Below are positions 53,216-64,000 of a DNA stretch of 64,000 nucleotides, piece by piece. The position numbers were made by a program, and so were the translations under genes. How positions within the stretch are numbered: position 1 is the first letter of the stretch; every line of letters begins with the position of its first letter. Origin of the DNA: Azolla caroliniana (Eukaryota > Plantae > Polypodiophyta); contig JBHGNT010000141.1 of NCBI GenBank assembly GCA_043228905.1, positions 3,520 through 67,519 on the forward strand, given 5' to 3'. Under the pieces are notes generated by a model that saw only the letters and a list, made by a program, of their open reading frames with translations, was not told where the DNA came from and ran no database searches.

Positions 53216-55258
53216 TTATAGGTCAATTATTTTCACTTTCATAGCCTCAATCTTGTTTGCTTCTTCATACATGTTTGCAGTTAAATACAGATTAATCATA
53301 CATGCATATGCTGAGCCATTAGCATGATCCAGCTGTACTGCTTCCTCAAATGCTAACCTCCCTACTCGTACATTACCCCATTTTTCACATGAGCTTAGAA
53401 GAGAAAGCCAGACTGGATAATCACAAGATGGCATCTTCTTGATAACTTCCATGGCCTTGTGAAAGTTGCCGGCACGGCCAAAAAGTTCGACCATGCACGT
53501 GTAATGCTCTATTTCGGGTGCAATACCATATTTCTTGCTCATGTTTTCAAAATATATTTGACCCTCGTCCACTAAACTTGAATGACAACATGCATTCAAC
53601 ACACAAAGGAAAGTGACTACATCAGGACAAACATGTTGATCTTGCATTCGCAAGAAACACTTCAATGCCTCTTCCCCCTGCCCTTGCTCTGCATATCCTC
53701 GGATCAATGCATTCCAAGAGGGAACATCTCGAATAAGGAGTTCATCAAAAACTTGCTGAGCTTTTCTGAGATCCCCACATTTGACATACATGTCTACCAA
53801 GGCAGTGCTTAAAACCGTCTCTTTGCTCCCTAAAATCGCCTTATTAACAATCTCGTTGTGAATTTGTATGCCTTTATTGATAGCTCCTATGTTGCCACAT
53901 GCAATAAGGATGCAAATAAAGGTAACCACATTGGGAGAGAAACCCTCATTTTGCATACGATGAAACCCTTTTAGTGCTTCTTCCCCATGACCTTGATGGG
54001 CATACCCAGCAATAAGTGCATTCCAGGAGATTGCATCTCGGACATGGAGGCTATTATGTATATGCTGAGCTTTTACAAGCTTCCCACATTTTGCATACAT
54101 ATCCACCAAAGCTGTTCCTAGAACAATATCCTTCTCCAATGCTCCTTTCTTCAAGAAGGCATGATGGATTTTTTCCGCCCTATCAAGTGCTCCAATATTG
54201 CCACATGCCTCCAAGATGCAACAAATGGTTGTTGTATTCGGTGAAATGCCATCATTTTTCATCTGCTCAAAACAATTCAATGCATTTTCACTTTGCCCGT
54301 GCTGAGCATACCCTGCAATCAGTGTGTTCCAAGTAACCACATCTCGAACAAGAAGCTCATCGAGTACTTGATGTGCTTTTCTAAGCTCACTGCATTTGGT
54401 GTACATGTCTACCAACGCAGTGCCCAGGATAGTATCTTTTACCAAAAATCCTTTGTTAACAATCTCACGATGAATTTGAATCCCTTCATCAATTGCAGCC
54501 ATGCTGCCACATGCTTTCAAGATACACGTGAAAGTGATCACATCTGGACAAAGGCCATCATTTTTCATTTGTTCGAAACAGTTTAATGCCGCCTCACTCT
54601 GTGACTGATGGGCATATCCAGCAATTAGTGCATTCCAAGTGAAAACATCTCGATGAGGAAGCCCATCAAGCACTTTTTGTGCTTTTTCTAGTTTACCACA
54701 TTTAGCATACATATCCACAACGGCGGTGCCAAGAACAATATCCTTTTCAAGCAACCCATTCCGAAAAATCTCTTCATGAATTAGGCTCCCTTTATTGACT
54801 TCTTGGGTGATACCACATGCCTTCATTATGTAAGTGAAGGTTATGGTATTAGGAGAAACTCCATCTCTTTGCATTTGTTCAAAACAGTTCAATGCATCTT
54901 CACATCGACCTTGTTGAGCATATCCTCCTATAAGTGCATTCCAACATGTAACATTCCGAACATGAAGCTCATCGAGCACTTTTTGTGCTCTTTTCAATGC
55001 ACCACATTTAGCATACATATTAACCAAAGCACTGCCTATATAAAGGTTTTTTTCAAGTAGCCCTTTCTCCATAACATCATAGTGCAACTTAATTCCATTC
55101 TCCAATTCTTTTCTCTTTGCACAGTCCTTGAGTAAGGCCACATAAGCAATGGCCTCATGATGTCCATATCTACCACTAGCATGATTCTTTCCTTTTCCCA
55201 GGAATTGTGCTTTTCCCATTGCACCACATTTAGCATGCATATTAAGGATTCTGCTCAA
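53216..55258 (-). CDS. PLS-E class pentatricopeptide repeat protein; true start uncertain (first ATG 55240, upstream exon possible)
   Basis: 680-aa ORF of regular PLS triplets ending in VLNACCHSSL, HYTCMV.LFGRAG, WLSLLSSC.KWGN and SAY..M.NLY (E1/E2). No DYW domain. Confidence 0.92.
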   Translation of the reverse strand: MSRILNMHAKCGAMGKAQFLGKGKNHASGRYGHHEAIAYVALLKDCAKRKELENGIKLHYDVMEKGLLEKNLYIGSALVNMYAKCGALKRAQKVLDELHVRNVTCWNALIGGYAQQGRCEDALNCFEQMQRDGVSPNTITFTYIMKACGITQEVNKGSLIHEEIFRNGLLEKDIVLGTAVVDMYAKCGKLEKAQKVLDGLPHRDVFTWNALIAGYAHQSQSEAALNCFEQMKNDGLCPDVITFTCILKACGSMAAIDEGIQIHREIVNKGFLVKDTILGTALVDMYTKCSELRKAHQVLDELLVRDVVTWNTLIAGYAQHGQSENALNCFEQMKNDGISPNTTTICCILEACGNIGALDRAEKIHHAFLKKGALEKDIVLGTALVDMYAKCGKLVKAQHIHNSLHVRDAISWNALIAGYAHQGHGEEALKGFHRMQNEGFSPNVVTFICILIACGNIGAINKGIQIHNEIVNKAILGSKETVLSTALVDMYVKCGDLRKAQQVFDELLIRDVPSWNALIRGYAEQGQGEEALKCFLRMQDQHVCPDVVTFLCVLNACCHSSLVDEGQIYFENMSKKYGIAPEIEHYTCMVELFGRAGNFHKAMEVIKKMPSCDYPVWLSLLSSCEKWGNVRVGRLAFEEAVQLDHANGSAYACMINLYLTANMYEEANKIEAMKVKIIDL

Positions 55259-55681
55259 GAGATCCTTTCTCTACCACACTACAAGCGTAGAATAATCCCT
55301 TTTTCTTTTGGTGTTCATATCAATAAACATCAACAAATGTATGGTAAAATCTTTCTCAATGAACATACACACTTTCATGAAATCAATGTTAATTGAAGCA
55401 CTACTTCCTCCAATATTAGTGATTCTTTTTCCAAGTAATCTTTCCAAAAAATGCATTCATGTCTCTGTATTCCTCTATCTTTGCTACAACACTGAAGCAG
55501 AGCCACGTGAGAAACAGCCTCATGGCGTTCACATCAAACATCATCATCATTCTTTTCTTTTCTTTTCTTTTTTTGCCTTTCCAAAAAGCTTGACAAAGAA
55601 AGCAAGCCTGAAGTGAAGCCATGGTGTGTTCTCTGTTCTGTGAGAAAGGTGCAGAGAAAGGTATATAGAGGTTATTCAGAT

Positions 55682-55918
55682 CATAGTACGTAAAATTCGT
55701 GTTCGTCTAGTATAACATTCGTTTTCCTACGTTTGAAAACGAATGCGAATGTTTTCCCCATTTTTTTAATGTTTTTTTTTTGTTTTTTTTTTCATTTTTA
55801 GGCTTATCTACCTCATAATAAATAGTTAATCCAAAAGTATGGTATTTATCATTCTTTGGGGGTGTTTTTCTTTCGCGAATGAATGAATGCACGTATGATA
55901 CGTAAGGTTCATACTATG
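55682..55918. mobile_element. hAT-type MITE (CATAGTA TIR family), copy 2, inverted relative to copy 1
   Basis: Ends CATAGTACG...CATACTATG. Exact 8-bp TSD ATTCAGAT at 55674-55681 and 55919-55926. Terminal sequences match the 10626-10866 element. Confidence 0.88.
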
Positions 55919-56782
55919 ATTCAGATACCATGGCTCTCTATCATCATAAGGGGAAAACTAATCACAAAAAATGCCCCTCAATTCTGGGTATTTACAAGGC
56001 TACCCCTTGGCCTCTCTTCTTGTTTAATCCTTGAAGGGGGGGGGGGGGGGGGAGGGGGGGTTATCTCTAGGAAGAAAAAGTCTAGAATTTTCACTCTACC
56101 GACCTAACAAAGTTTGCTTGACTTAATTATGATCATGGCACATTGGCCATCAGAATTTAAATGGATTAAGGTTTTAATCACACGAGAACATCAAAATTTG
56201 AATGATCTCCTATTATTGTGATGACTTGCCAAATGCTAGAATTTTACTGATCTAATGCCATCTTAGTGTATCTCGGCCATATGATCAAAGTCTTGAGTTC
56301 ACGATACAATGTTTGGAAGCACTCAAATGTAAAGAATGAAGTTTGATGTGTGATGTCCCTATGATGTATAATAGAATTTGGCCAAGGGATTTGCATGAAA
56401 TTGTTATACAAAAATTTGTGGAATGATGGTAGACCAATTTTTTATTTTTTTTTCCAAAACAATATTCTTCATTAGTATAAATTCTTCATACATGAGAAAA
56501 TGATTAGTCTGACAACATCGTAAAAGTTGTGGCCATGATAGGCCAATAAAAAACTCAAAGACTCAAAGTAGAAGACTACAAAGAACGGTGGACACACATA
56601 CATGACTCTTCTTCCCATCTCATGTGATCATTGGCTTAGACCCAATGTTCCTCCATCTTCTTCCATTCTCGCATGTTGATCAGCATACAAATAAACGCTC
56701 ATTACCCTAGCTTCACAATATAACCATGGTTGTATGACTACAAGCATTTCCAAACGGATTTGCTAAAACTCCATTTCTTCTC

Positions 56783-57182
<400 letters not shown>

Positions 57183-57954
57183 TTCTCTCACTACAAGAAC
57201 ATTCTCATGATTCATGTGAGCAAGAATCTTAATTTCCTCAAGCATATGCAAATACTAGTTCTCTACTAAAATCCACTCTCCTCAGACCCTCACTAAACTT
57301 TGCTTCTACCTCCGCCACCATCTTCGCTCATCGTTATATAAACTCAAAACAAAAAATGTGCTGCAAATATTTCCACATCAGCCATCTCTCCATTTTCCTT
57401 GAAATTCCTGCATAGACAACCAAGAAAAAATTAGCTATCCCAATCCACTCATGACCTTGACAACATTCTCACTCATCCTTTCAAAAAATAAACAACTTCC
57501 ATTTCCACAACATCCATCTTGGCAATCACTGCTCGTTTTCAACAATTTCCTATACGTACTTATAATATTTTGCTTCACCCCCCACACCGTCTTCGCTCAT
57601 CCTTATCCCTCAAAAAATTCTTCTTACGTCCACATCAACCATCTCGCCGATTACCGCCAAATTCCAACTCATGATAATCGTTTCTTCAACCCCCACACCA
57701 TCTACACTCATCCTTATCGCTCAGAAGAAATTGCTTCTTACATCCACAACAACCATCTCGCCTTCTCGCTAATCGGCACCAAAATTTGGTTTGCCATGTG
57801 CTTGATTTCCTTCCATCAAGCATCCTGGAAACGAAGCATCCTTGATGGTAGACCAAATTCACAATATTATTATTAATAATAACATTATTAATTTTTATTG
57901 TCATTACAATGATTGTTGTGTATTATTGTTTTATAGAAACATGATGGAAACAAG

Positions 57955-58122
57955 AAGAAGAAAGTAAGGAAGCAAGAAAGACGTTGGGCAATAAGGGTTG
58001 AGCTAACTACATTTATTGGTTTGGTGTTCAACCCCTCCAAGAAGAAAGTAAGGAAGCAAGAAAGAAGTTGGGCAATAAGGGTCAAACTAACTACATTTAT
58101 TGGTTTGATGTTCAACCCCTCC
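57955..58122. repeat. ~84-bp tandem duplication
   Basis: AAGAAGAAAGTAAGGAAGCAAGAAAG...TTCAACCCCTCC occurs twice in a row. Confidence 0.9.
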
Positions 58123-61100
58123 CAACTCCTTTTTATCTCTCATCGACAAGAACCTTGGGGTTTTGGCATTTTCCTCCTTTCACATACACCACATCACGGC
58201 AACATGTACAACGAAAATGTTAGCATCTACCTTCGCATAAGGAGAAAAGACCTTATTACCTCTTTTCTCAATCATAATTGACTTCCATTTCATCAAGTCT
58301 ATAAGCTAGATAATCCTCCTTGACTTAGACCTCTACCATATGGTCGTATTCTAGTTCAACCAACCACGATGCTATATTGCCAAGGCGTGGAGTTTGTCGA
58401 AGTAAAATTCCTAGTGAGGGCAACCTAGTTGCCCAAGGTGGAATTTTAGCATGCTCCACCAAAGGCCCTTGTCCAAACCTCTCATTAAGTACCCTTCAAT
58501 AGTTGTTTGGGTGGTGCATGATGAATGGCTCCACCACAAATAGTATTATGATCAATGTGGACATTCATGTCCCATATGAGGGCCTTGGCATGTGGGTATG
58601 TTTTTGTGTACTGCATAGCCAATTGGGGTGTGTGGGTGCTACAAACAATCTTTCTTCAGTTAATAGCATCTAAAGTACGGTGGAATCTTTTAAGGTTATT
58701 ATTACCAATGACCATCATACAAGCTTTGTAGAAAGACATACTCAACTTGACAGTTAGGAAGTTTTATAAGGTAGTATTGGCCGTTGATAAACCAACTCAT
58801 TAGTTTTTCATCTTACATTTTTTCACTACGTTCACATCGATAGTCTAAGCTTTTTGTTCGCCAAATGTATTCACATTATCAAAGACATCCATGCATGTGT
58901 GAAATGTGAGAGGGACAATCAAGGTCCATAACCATCGAAAAAGGGGTCTACGATGGTCCATTATGATTTTGTCAAGGTTCACCACTTGAGTTTCCTTCGG
59001 AGAATGTGGGTGTGAATGGGTGCACAAGTGTGTCGAATGCGAAAGTATGTTCTTTATTTAAAATGACTATTAGTGCATGTGTCTAATGTGCCACAATGCA
59101 CACAATTTAACTTGTACGGATTTGACATGTGTATTTGCACATCTACATGTGGAGGTTTTCTTAAATGAGAACTTGTATGATGCATATATGAGTGAAAGGG
59201 ATTTGTATGTGTTTGGCTTAATTTATATGTGTGAATTAATGGGTATAAATGTGGAATAGTACATGTGACTAATTGTGCTTTGTATTAATGTGTGCTTTTA
59301 TGTTTTGTGTCATGTGTGAGTATGTCTTCAATATATTTACATGTTCTTCAAATGACGACATCAACTTTCTTCATTTACACATGGTTCAATAGCTACAACA
59401 TGATAAGTAGGCCCCTCATGCAGTTTCTCTACACGATGATTTTGAGGTCTGATGCATTGTGCAAAAACTCTCCATGAGGCTCATTGGCTTACTATGATAT
59501 CCCCTCCCCACAAAGGAACAATGTGCTCCTTTGTGTGGGCTCATCCACATTATTATTTCATGTCCCTTCGTTTGGGCTTTGTCTACATCCACAATGGTTT
59601 GGGGCCATGATGGTTGGTCCCCTACAACAGATTGGGACAATGCAGGATGACCATATGCGGAGCTAGAGTGTCCCCCAACAATAGAACACCAAATCCATGG
59701 AATCTAGAGATGCGGGTTCGAATACCGTGGCTCACGAAACATTTAGAACAGAATTTTTCACATTCACCAGATTCTTTATTTCACACTTGAATTGAAATAA
59801 TGGCACACTTTCACCAATAATTAGTGTGGAAATTCAAGTAGTAGGTAACATAGGAAATTTTTATATCTCATACTTACAACTTTCACCAAGCATAATCTTA
59901 AGAGCCTATTCAAAAGCTAATTTTAATGGTTTACGGGTAGGATTCATGGTAAACTAGTTATACTAAGACCAGGGATAAACCCATAAGGACCTATGACAAG
60001 TGGTAGTTTGTGTGGGGCTATGTAAAGAGACTAGCAACTTGAGATGATGTTGAGATTTTATTGGTGACGCAAATTTACCTTTCTTCTTTTAGATCCAGTC
60101 TTCTCAACATCCAAAGTACAACATAAGGTAAGAGTCGATTGTCTGGGACACCTAGGCGTAGTTTATGTTCATCACTTGTCCTTCGCTTTGGGATGATCAG
60201 TGTGGTTACACCCTTAAACCATTCTCTTCTTAATCTAAATATTCATTGCTTATCATTAGTATTTCGATTCATAATAATATGTACGCTCAATAAGGACATT
60301 GTGAGTAGGTTAACAACGATATCGCCAATTCATGTGAATGTATAACACAGGAACAAAACACAAACTTTCACTTGAAAGGTGTCTCCCGTTTTGTAATATT
60401 GAAAGAAGTACACATACTTAAAGGTTCAGACTTTTGACCCTTGAATCACATGAACTTGCTCGATATACGTTGAACTTCACAAAATCTTTAGATAACCCTG
60501 TTGTTTGTGCCAAGAGAAAAACCTTACATTTTGGTTTGTACCAAGGGTCCTAAGTTCTACAAATTGTCACATTTGAAAAGGCTTAAAGTTTTTTATGAAT
60601 CTTGAACATTCACAAACTAGTAAAATGGAGTTGTTGTAATAAACTACCAGCACCTAAAGTAGGTCGAGACATAAAATATAAGTATTAGAAGTGGGAAGTG
60701 GCTAGCATTAGGATTCCCATAAACTAATTCTACAATTGATGTGATGTTGTCAAAGATACAATCAAGAATAAACAAAACATTACAAGAACAAGGAAAATTA
60801 AGTAAAGGTGGGGATGGCTTGTCCTTGCAAGGCCTGCACCGAAGCATGTTGAGTGGAGGAGATTATTATATGTGATGAACCATGCTTCAATTTGTAAATG
60901 ATACATAGACAATTCATTCATCCAAGGAGAGAGTTCTCTCATGAATAGTTCCGAATGACCCAATACTAATTGGATGACAATCAGTCTCATATGATTACAA
61001 AACTGAAATGGACACAATTTATGTAAATATCCATGTTACAAATAATGAATGTCAAGGTTGTCGACTAGAAGAATTGTCGGAATCATAGAGGATGAAGTAA

Positions 61101-63694
61101 TGTAATTTCATCAATTGATACCTACATCCTTTCTTTTCGCCCTTGTCCGTGTGTTACATCAAGAAGTTCGAGTTGGTGACTCGAAATTACATAAATAATG
61201 TTAGGTTCTTGTCACATGTGTATCTAGAGGATTTAGAGGTTATGGTTAGTGAGTGTCCAAAAAAGGGTTCTTCTTCAGAATCCCATAAATACTAGTTTTC
61301 AATATCTATAGGGAGGTCTTGTGTGGATTTGAGATTAATCCATGTAATCATTTCCACTAATCCATCTAAACAACCACGCTTACAAGACAAAAAGTTGTGA
61401 GAAACAATGCAAGCTATAGAACAAAAACCATTTCACACATGGAGAGTGCAAATAATTTTCGATACATATCCCCATGCTCCGATCGAAGCATTATTTATTG
61501 GTTTATTTATTGGTTGGGCAATACTCGAGGGGACAACAATGTTAAGAAAATGGGTCTTCGGTGGTGATGTGATCGATGCAACTCTAGTCACCATCCCAAG
61601 CTAATGGCCAATTACATACATTCATTCATTCACACATATGTACATATATACTAATAAATTTCTTTTCTTCAAAAGCATTAGGTGTTTTTGATTACTAATG
61701 ATGGTGTGCCAAAAAGCAAAGATTTTTAATGAATCAATTGAATGAATGAAAGTGCAGGCTTTGGTGGGAGGCAACTTTTATCCTTTCAATGGGGATGGAT
61801 ATGGTGTCCCATCAACCCTTTCCTTTTGCTTGTGTAGGGGGTGGTGTGGTGGCCAATGGCCCTTTCCTCCCATGTGAACTAGCATAGTGGCCATCTTGTG
61901 TTATTTATTTGTTAATAACACCAAAGCCTGATCAATCAATCATCCCATGCATCATGCATGTGATACCCACACCAACAATTTTCCATCCACATAATAATTT
62001 TCAATTGAATGCAGGGCAATATTTGCTGCACCCATAAAGCATACATAGCCCAAAAACTTTCAGATTCTGAAAAGGAGGGGAGAAGCATTACATCATTAGG
62101 AGCACATGAATCACCACATGATTCAATGGGCTTTATTTTGATTGATTTGCATCAAAAAAGCAAAAAAAAAAAAGTTTTTCTTAGATTGATTAAATAAAGA
62201 GTAGAAAAAAATACATATATAATATTAATATATTGTCTTTTTGGGTAAATAATATTTAGGACATCTTTCTTCTTCTTCTGCTTCTTCTTCTTCTTTCCAC
62301 AGCTCAAATCAAAAACATTGGGTAATAATACCATAGCTGAAAAATGTAAAAATGATGATTCTATTACAATCTTCTCCTTTATGAAAAAGAGGACATTGGA
62401 AGAGGAAGGAGGGGGGGGATAAGTAAGAATACCAACTAGTGTGTGTGGGAGCTAGCCATAGAGATCGATTGTTCGGTCAATGGATCGATATAAGGAGGAA
62501 GACCAAATTATGAGAGAGTACATGATCGATCAATCGATCAATAGACGGAAATGTGAATGGATTGATCTAAGGAATAAGAACAATGAGATAGTGCATGATT
62601 GTTCGATAGACGGATAATAGGTGGATGGATCGACCCAAAAGCGATTCAGATGGATGGATCATTCTTAGGAAGAACAGCAATGAGAGTATGTGTGATCGAT
62701 AGGGGGACGAATCGATCTCGCGGCCAAAGCGCACGATGCAAAAGGGAATCATTAAGATCTGTTTCTTTTTCTCATAACAAGTGTATGCCATGGATGGATA
62801 GATGGATGGATCATACCAATATACATGTAATCAAATGTCCAATAGGGTGGTAGAAGGATTTGTGTGTGCATGTGTGTGTGTGTGTGTGTATGCACTCAAG
62901 CACCACTATTATTCTTGAATTCAAAACAAATTAATATGATGGCAAATGGCAAAATAAAATCAAATAAAAAGTATTCATAACTTTCTCCTTCTTTCTTCCT
63001 TCCTCTTCTTCTTCCTCCTTCTTCTTCCTCTTCTTCTGCTGCTGGTGGTGGTGGTTGGGATATTGTAAGAGATTGATTGAAAAGAGAGATAAAAGAGTGG
63101 GCATACATATGTGTATGTATGTATGTATATATATAAATATATATATATATATTGCTTCTTTGTTTTTTTTTTTTGCTTTTTTGATTCTGTATGAAAAGGA
63201 ATAAAAATAAAGCCAATGAGGGAAAGGGAAAAAGGAAGGAGAAGAAAATAGGCAATAGGAAAGGACTGTGTATGTCTGTTGAATGATGAAGAGGAATGAT
63301 GAAGATGGTGTGGGGAAGGAGAAAGGAGTGGGGTATGTGATGATAATTATAGGATGTTAAGGGGATGAGGAGGGGAACCAGACCTCTATGTTGCTTTTCA
63401 ACATTGCTTTTTTTTATTTTTCTTGCTTTTCGGCATCTGGGAGTGTCACTGTCAGTTCTTCGGCCGCGGCCGCGGCCGCGGCCACGGCGCACCGCCAGAG
63501 ATAAGACTATGTAGCTGCAATGAACTGAAACAACTGAGTTCCCTCCCTAGAATGAGGATGCAAAGAAACCAAGTGAAGGAATTGTATATATGATTAGATA
63601 GGATTGGGATTTATGAGATCTGAATGCCAAGGATTGAGAGAGGGGATGGGAGGGGAGGGATCGGTGAGGCAGGGCGAGGCGAGGCGAATGTGGA

Positions 63695-63780
63695 TTAGGA
63701 ATTTTAAGCCAATGTGAATTAGGGAATTTAAGCAAATGTGAATCAGGGAATTTCAAGCAAATGTGAATTAGGGAATTTAG
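63695..63780. repeat. ~21-bp tandem repeat (AAATGTGAATTAGGGAATTT), 3-4 copies
   Basis: Read directly from the sequence. Confidence 0.8.
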
Positions 63781-64000
63781 CGCGATCGATTCGATTCGAT
63801 TCAATTCGAAGTGGGGGGGGGGGGGGGGGGGGGGAGGAGATGAATTTGGATGAATCGGTGGGCGAGAGGCGCAGAGAAGAGCCGAGGCCAGCTCCCCCCT
63901 TCCACAAGAGTGTAGTGTGGTGTTGGTTAGGAATCAGTTAGAATTGGGAGGAGGGAGGGGAAGAGGGGGGGGGAGAGAGAGAGAGAGAGAGAGAGAGTCG

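Noticed and set aside
58200-61300. Possible LTR-retrotransposon relics
   Set aside because: Only faint pol-like traces. I could not define motifs, LTRs or boundaries reliably.
62896-63492. 198-aa minus-strand ORF
   Set aside because: GTG start and composed of microsatellite/low-complexity sequence, so not credible as a protein.

Overview
AT-rich, intron-containing nuclear DNA from a land plant. The style of the PLS-class PPR genes suggests a fern, but that is inference. Seven protein-coding genes can be reconstructed, five with checked splice phases: a NARROW LEAF 1-like trypsin-fold protease (with a GC-AG intron), a SAM-domain protein, a divergent heterotrimeric G-protein beta subunit, an uncharacterised trypsin-fold protein with an Asn-Pro tail encoded by TTAGGG-like hexamers, an R2R3-MYB, and two single-ORF PLS-(E) PPR genes. 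Between and inside genes are a 5'-truncated LINE with a 17-bp TSD, other LINE, Gypsy and Copia relics, Mutator- and hAT-type MITEs with exact TSDs, and tRNA-like SINE heads. The most unusual observation is that both PPR genes have same-strand protein-kinase debris upstream. One is preceded by a ~255-bp tandem array built from a receptor-kinase C-terminus, the other by a fused MAPK-PPR pseudogene. I found no CRISPR array, rRNA or intact tRNA, and no clearly novel multi-gene system can be proven from the sequence alone.
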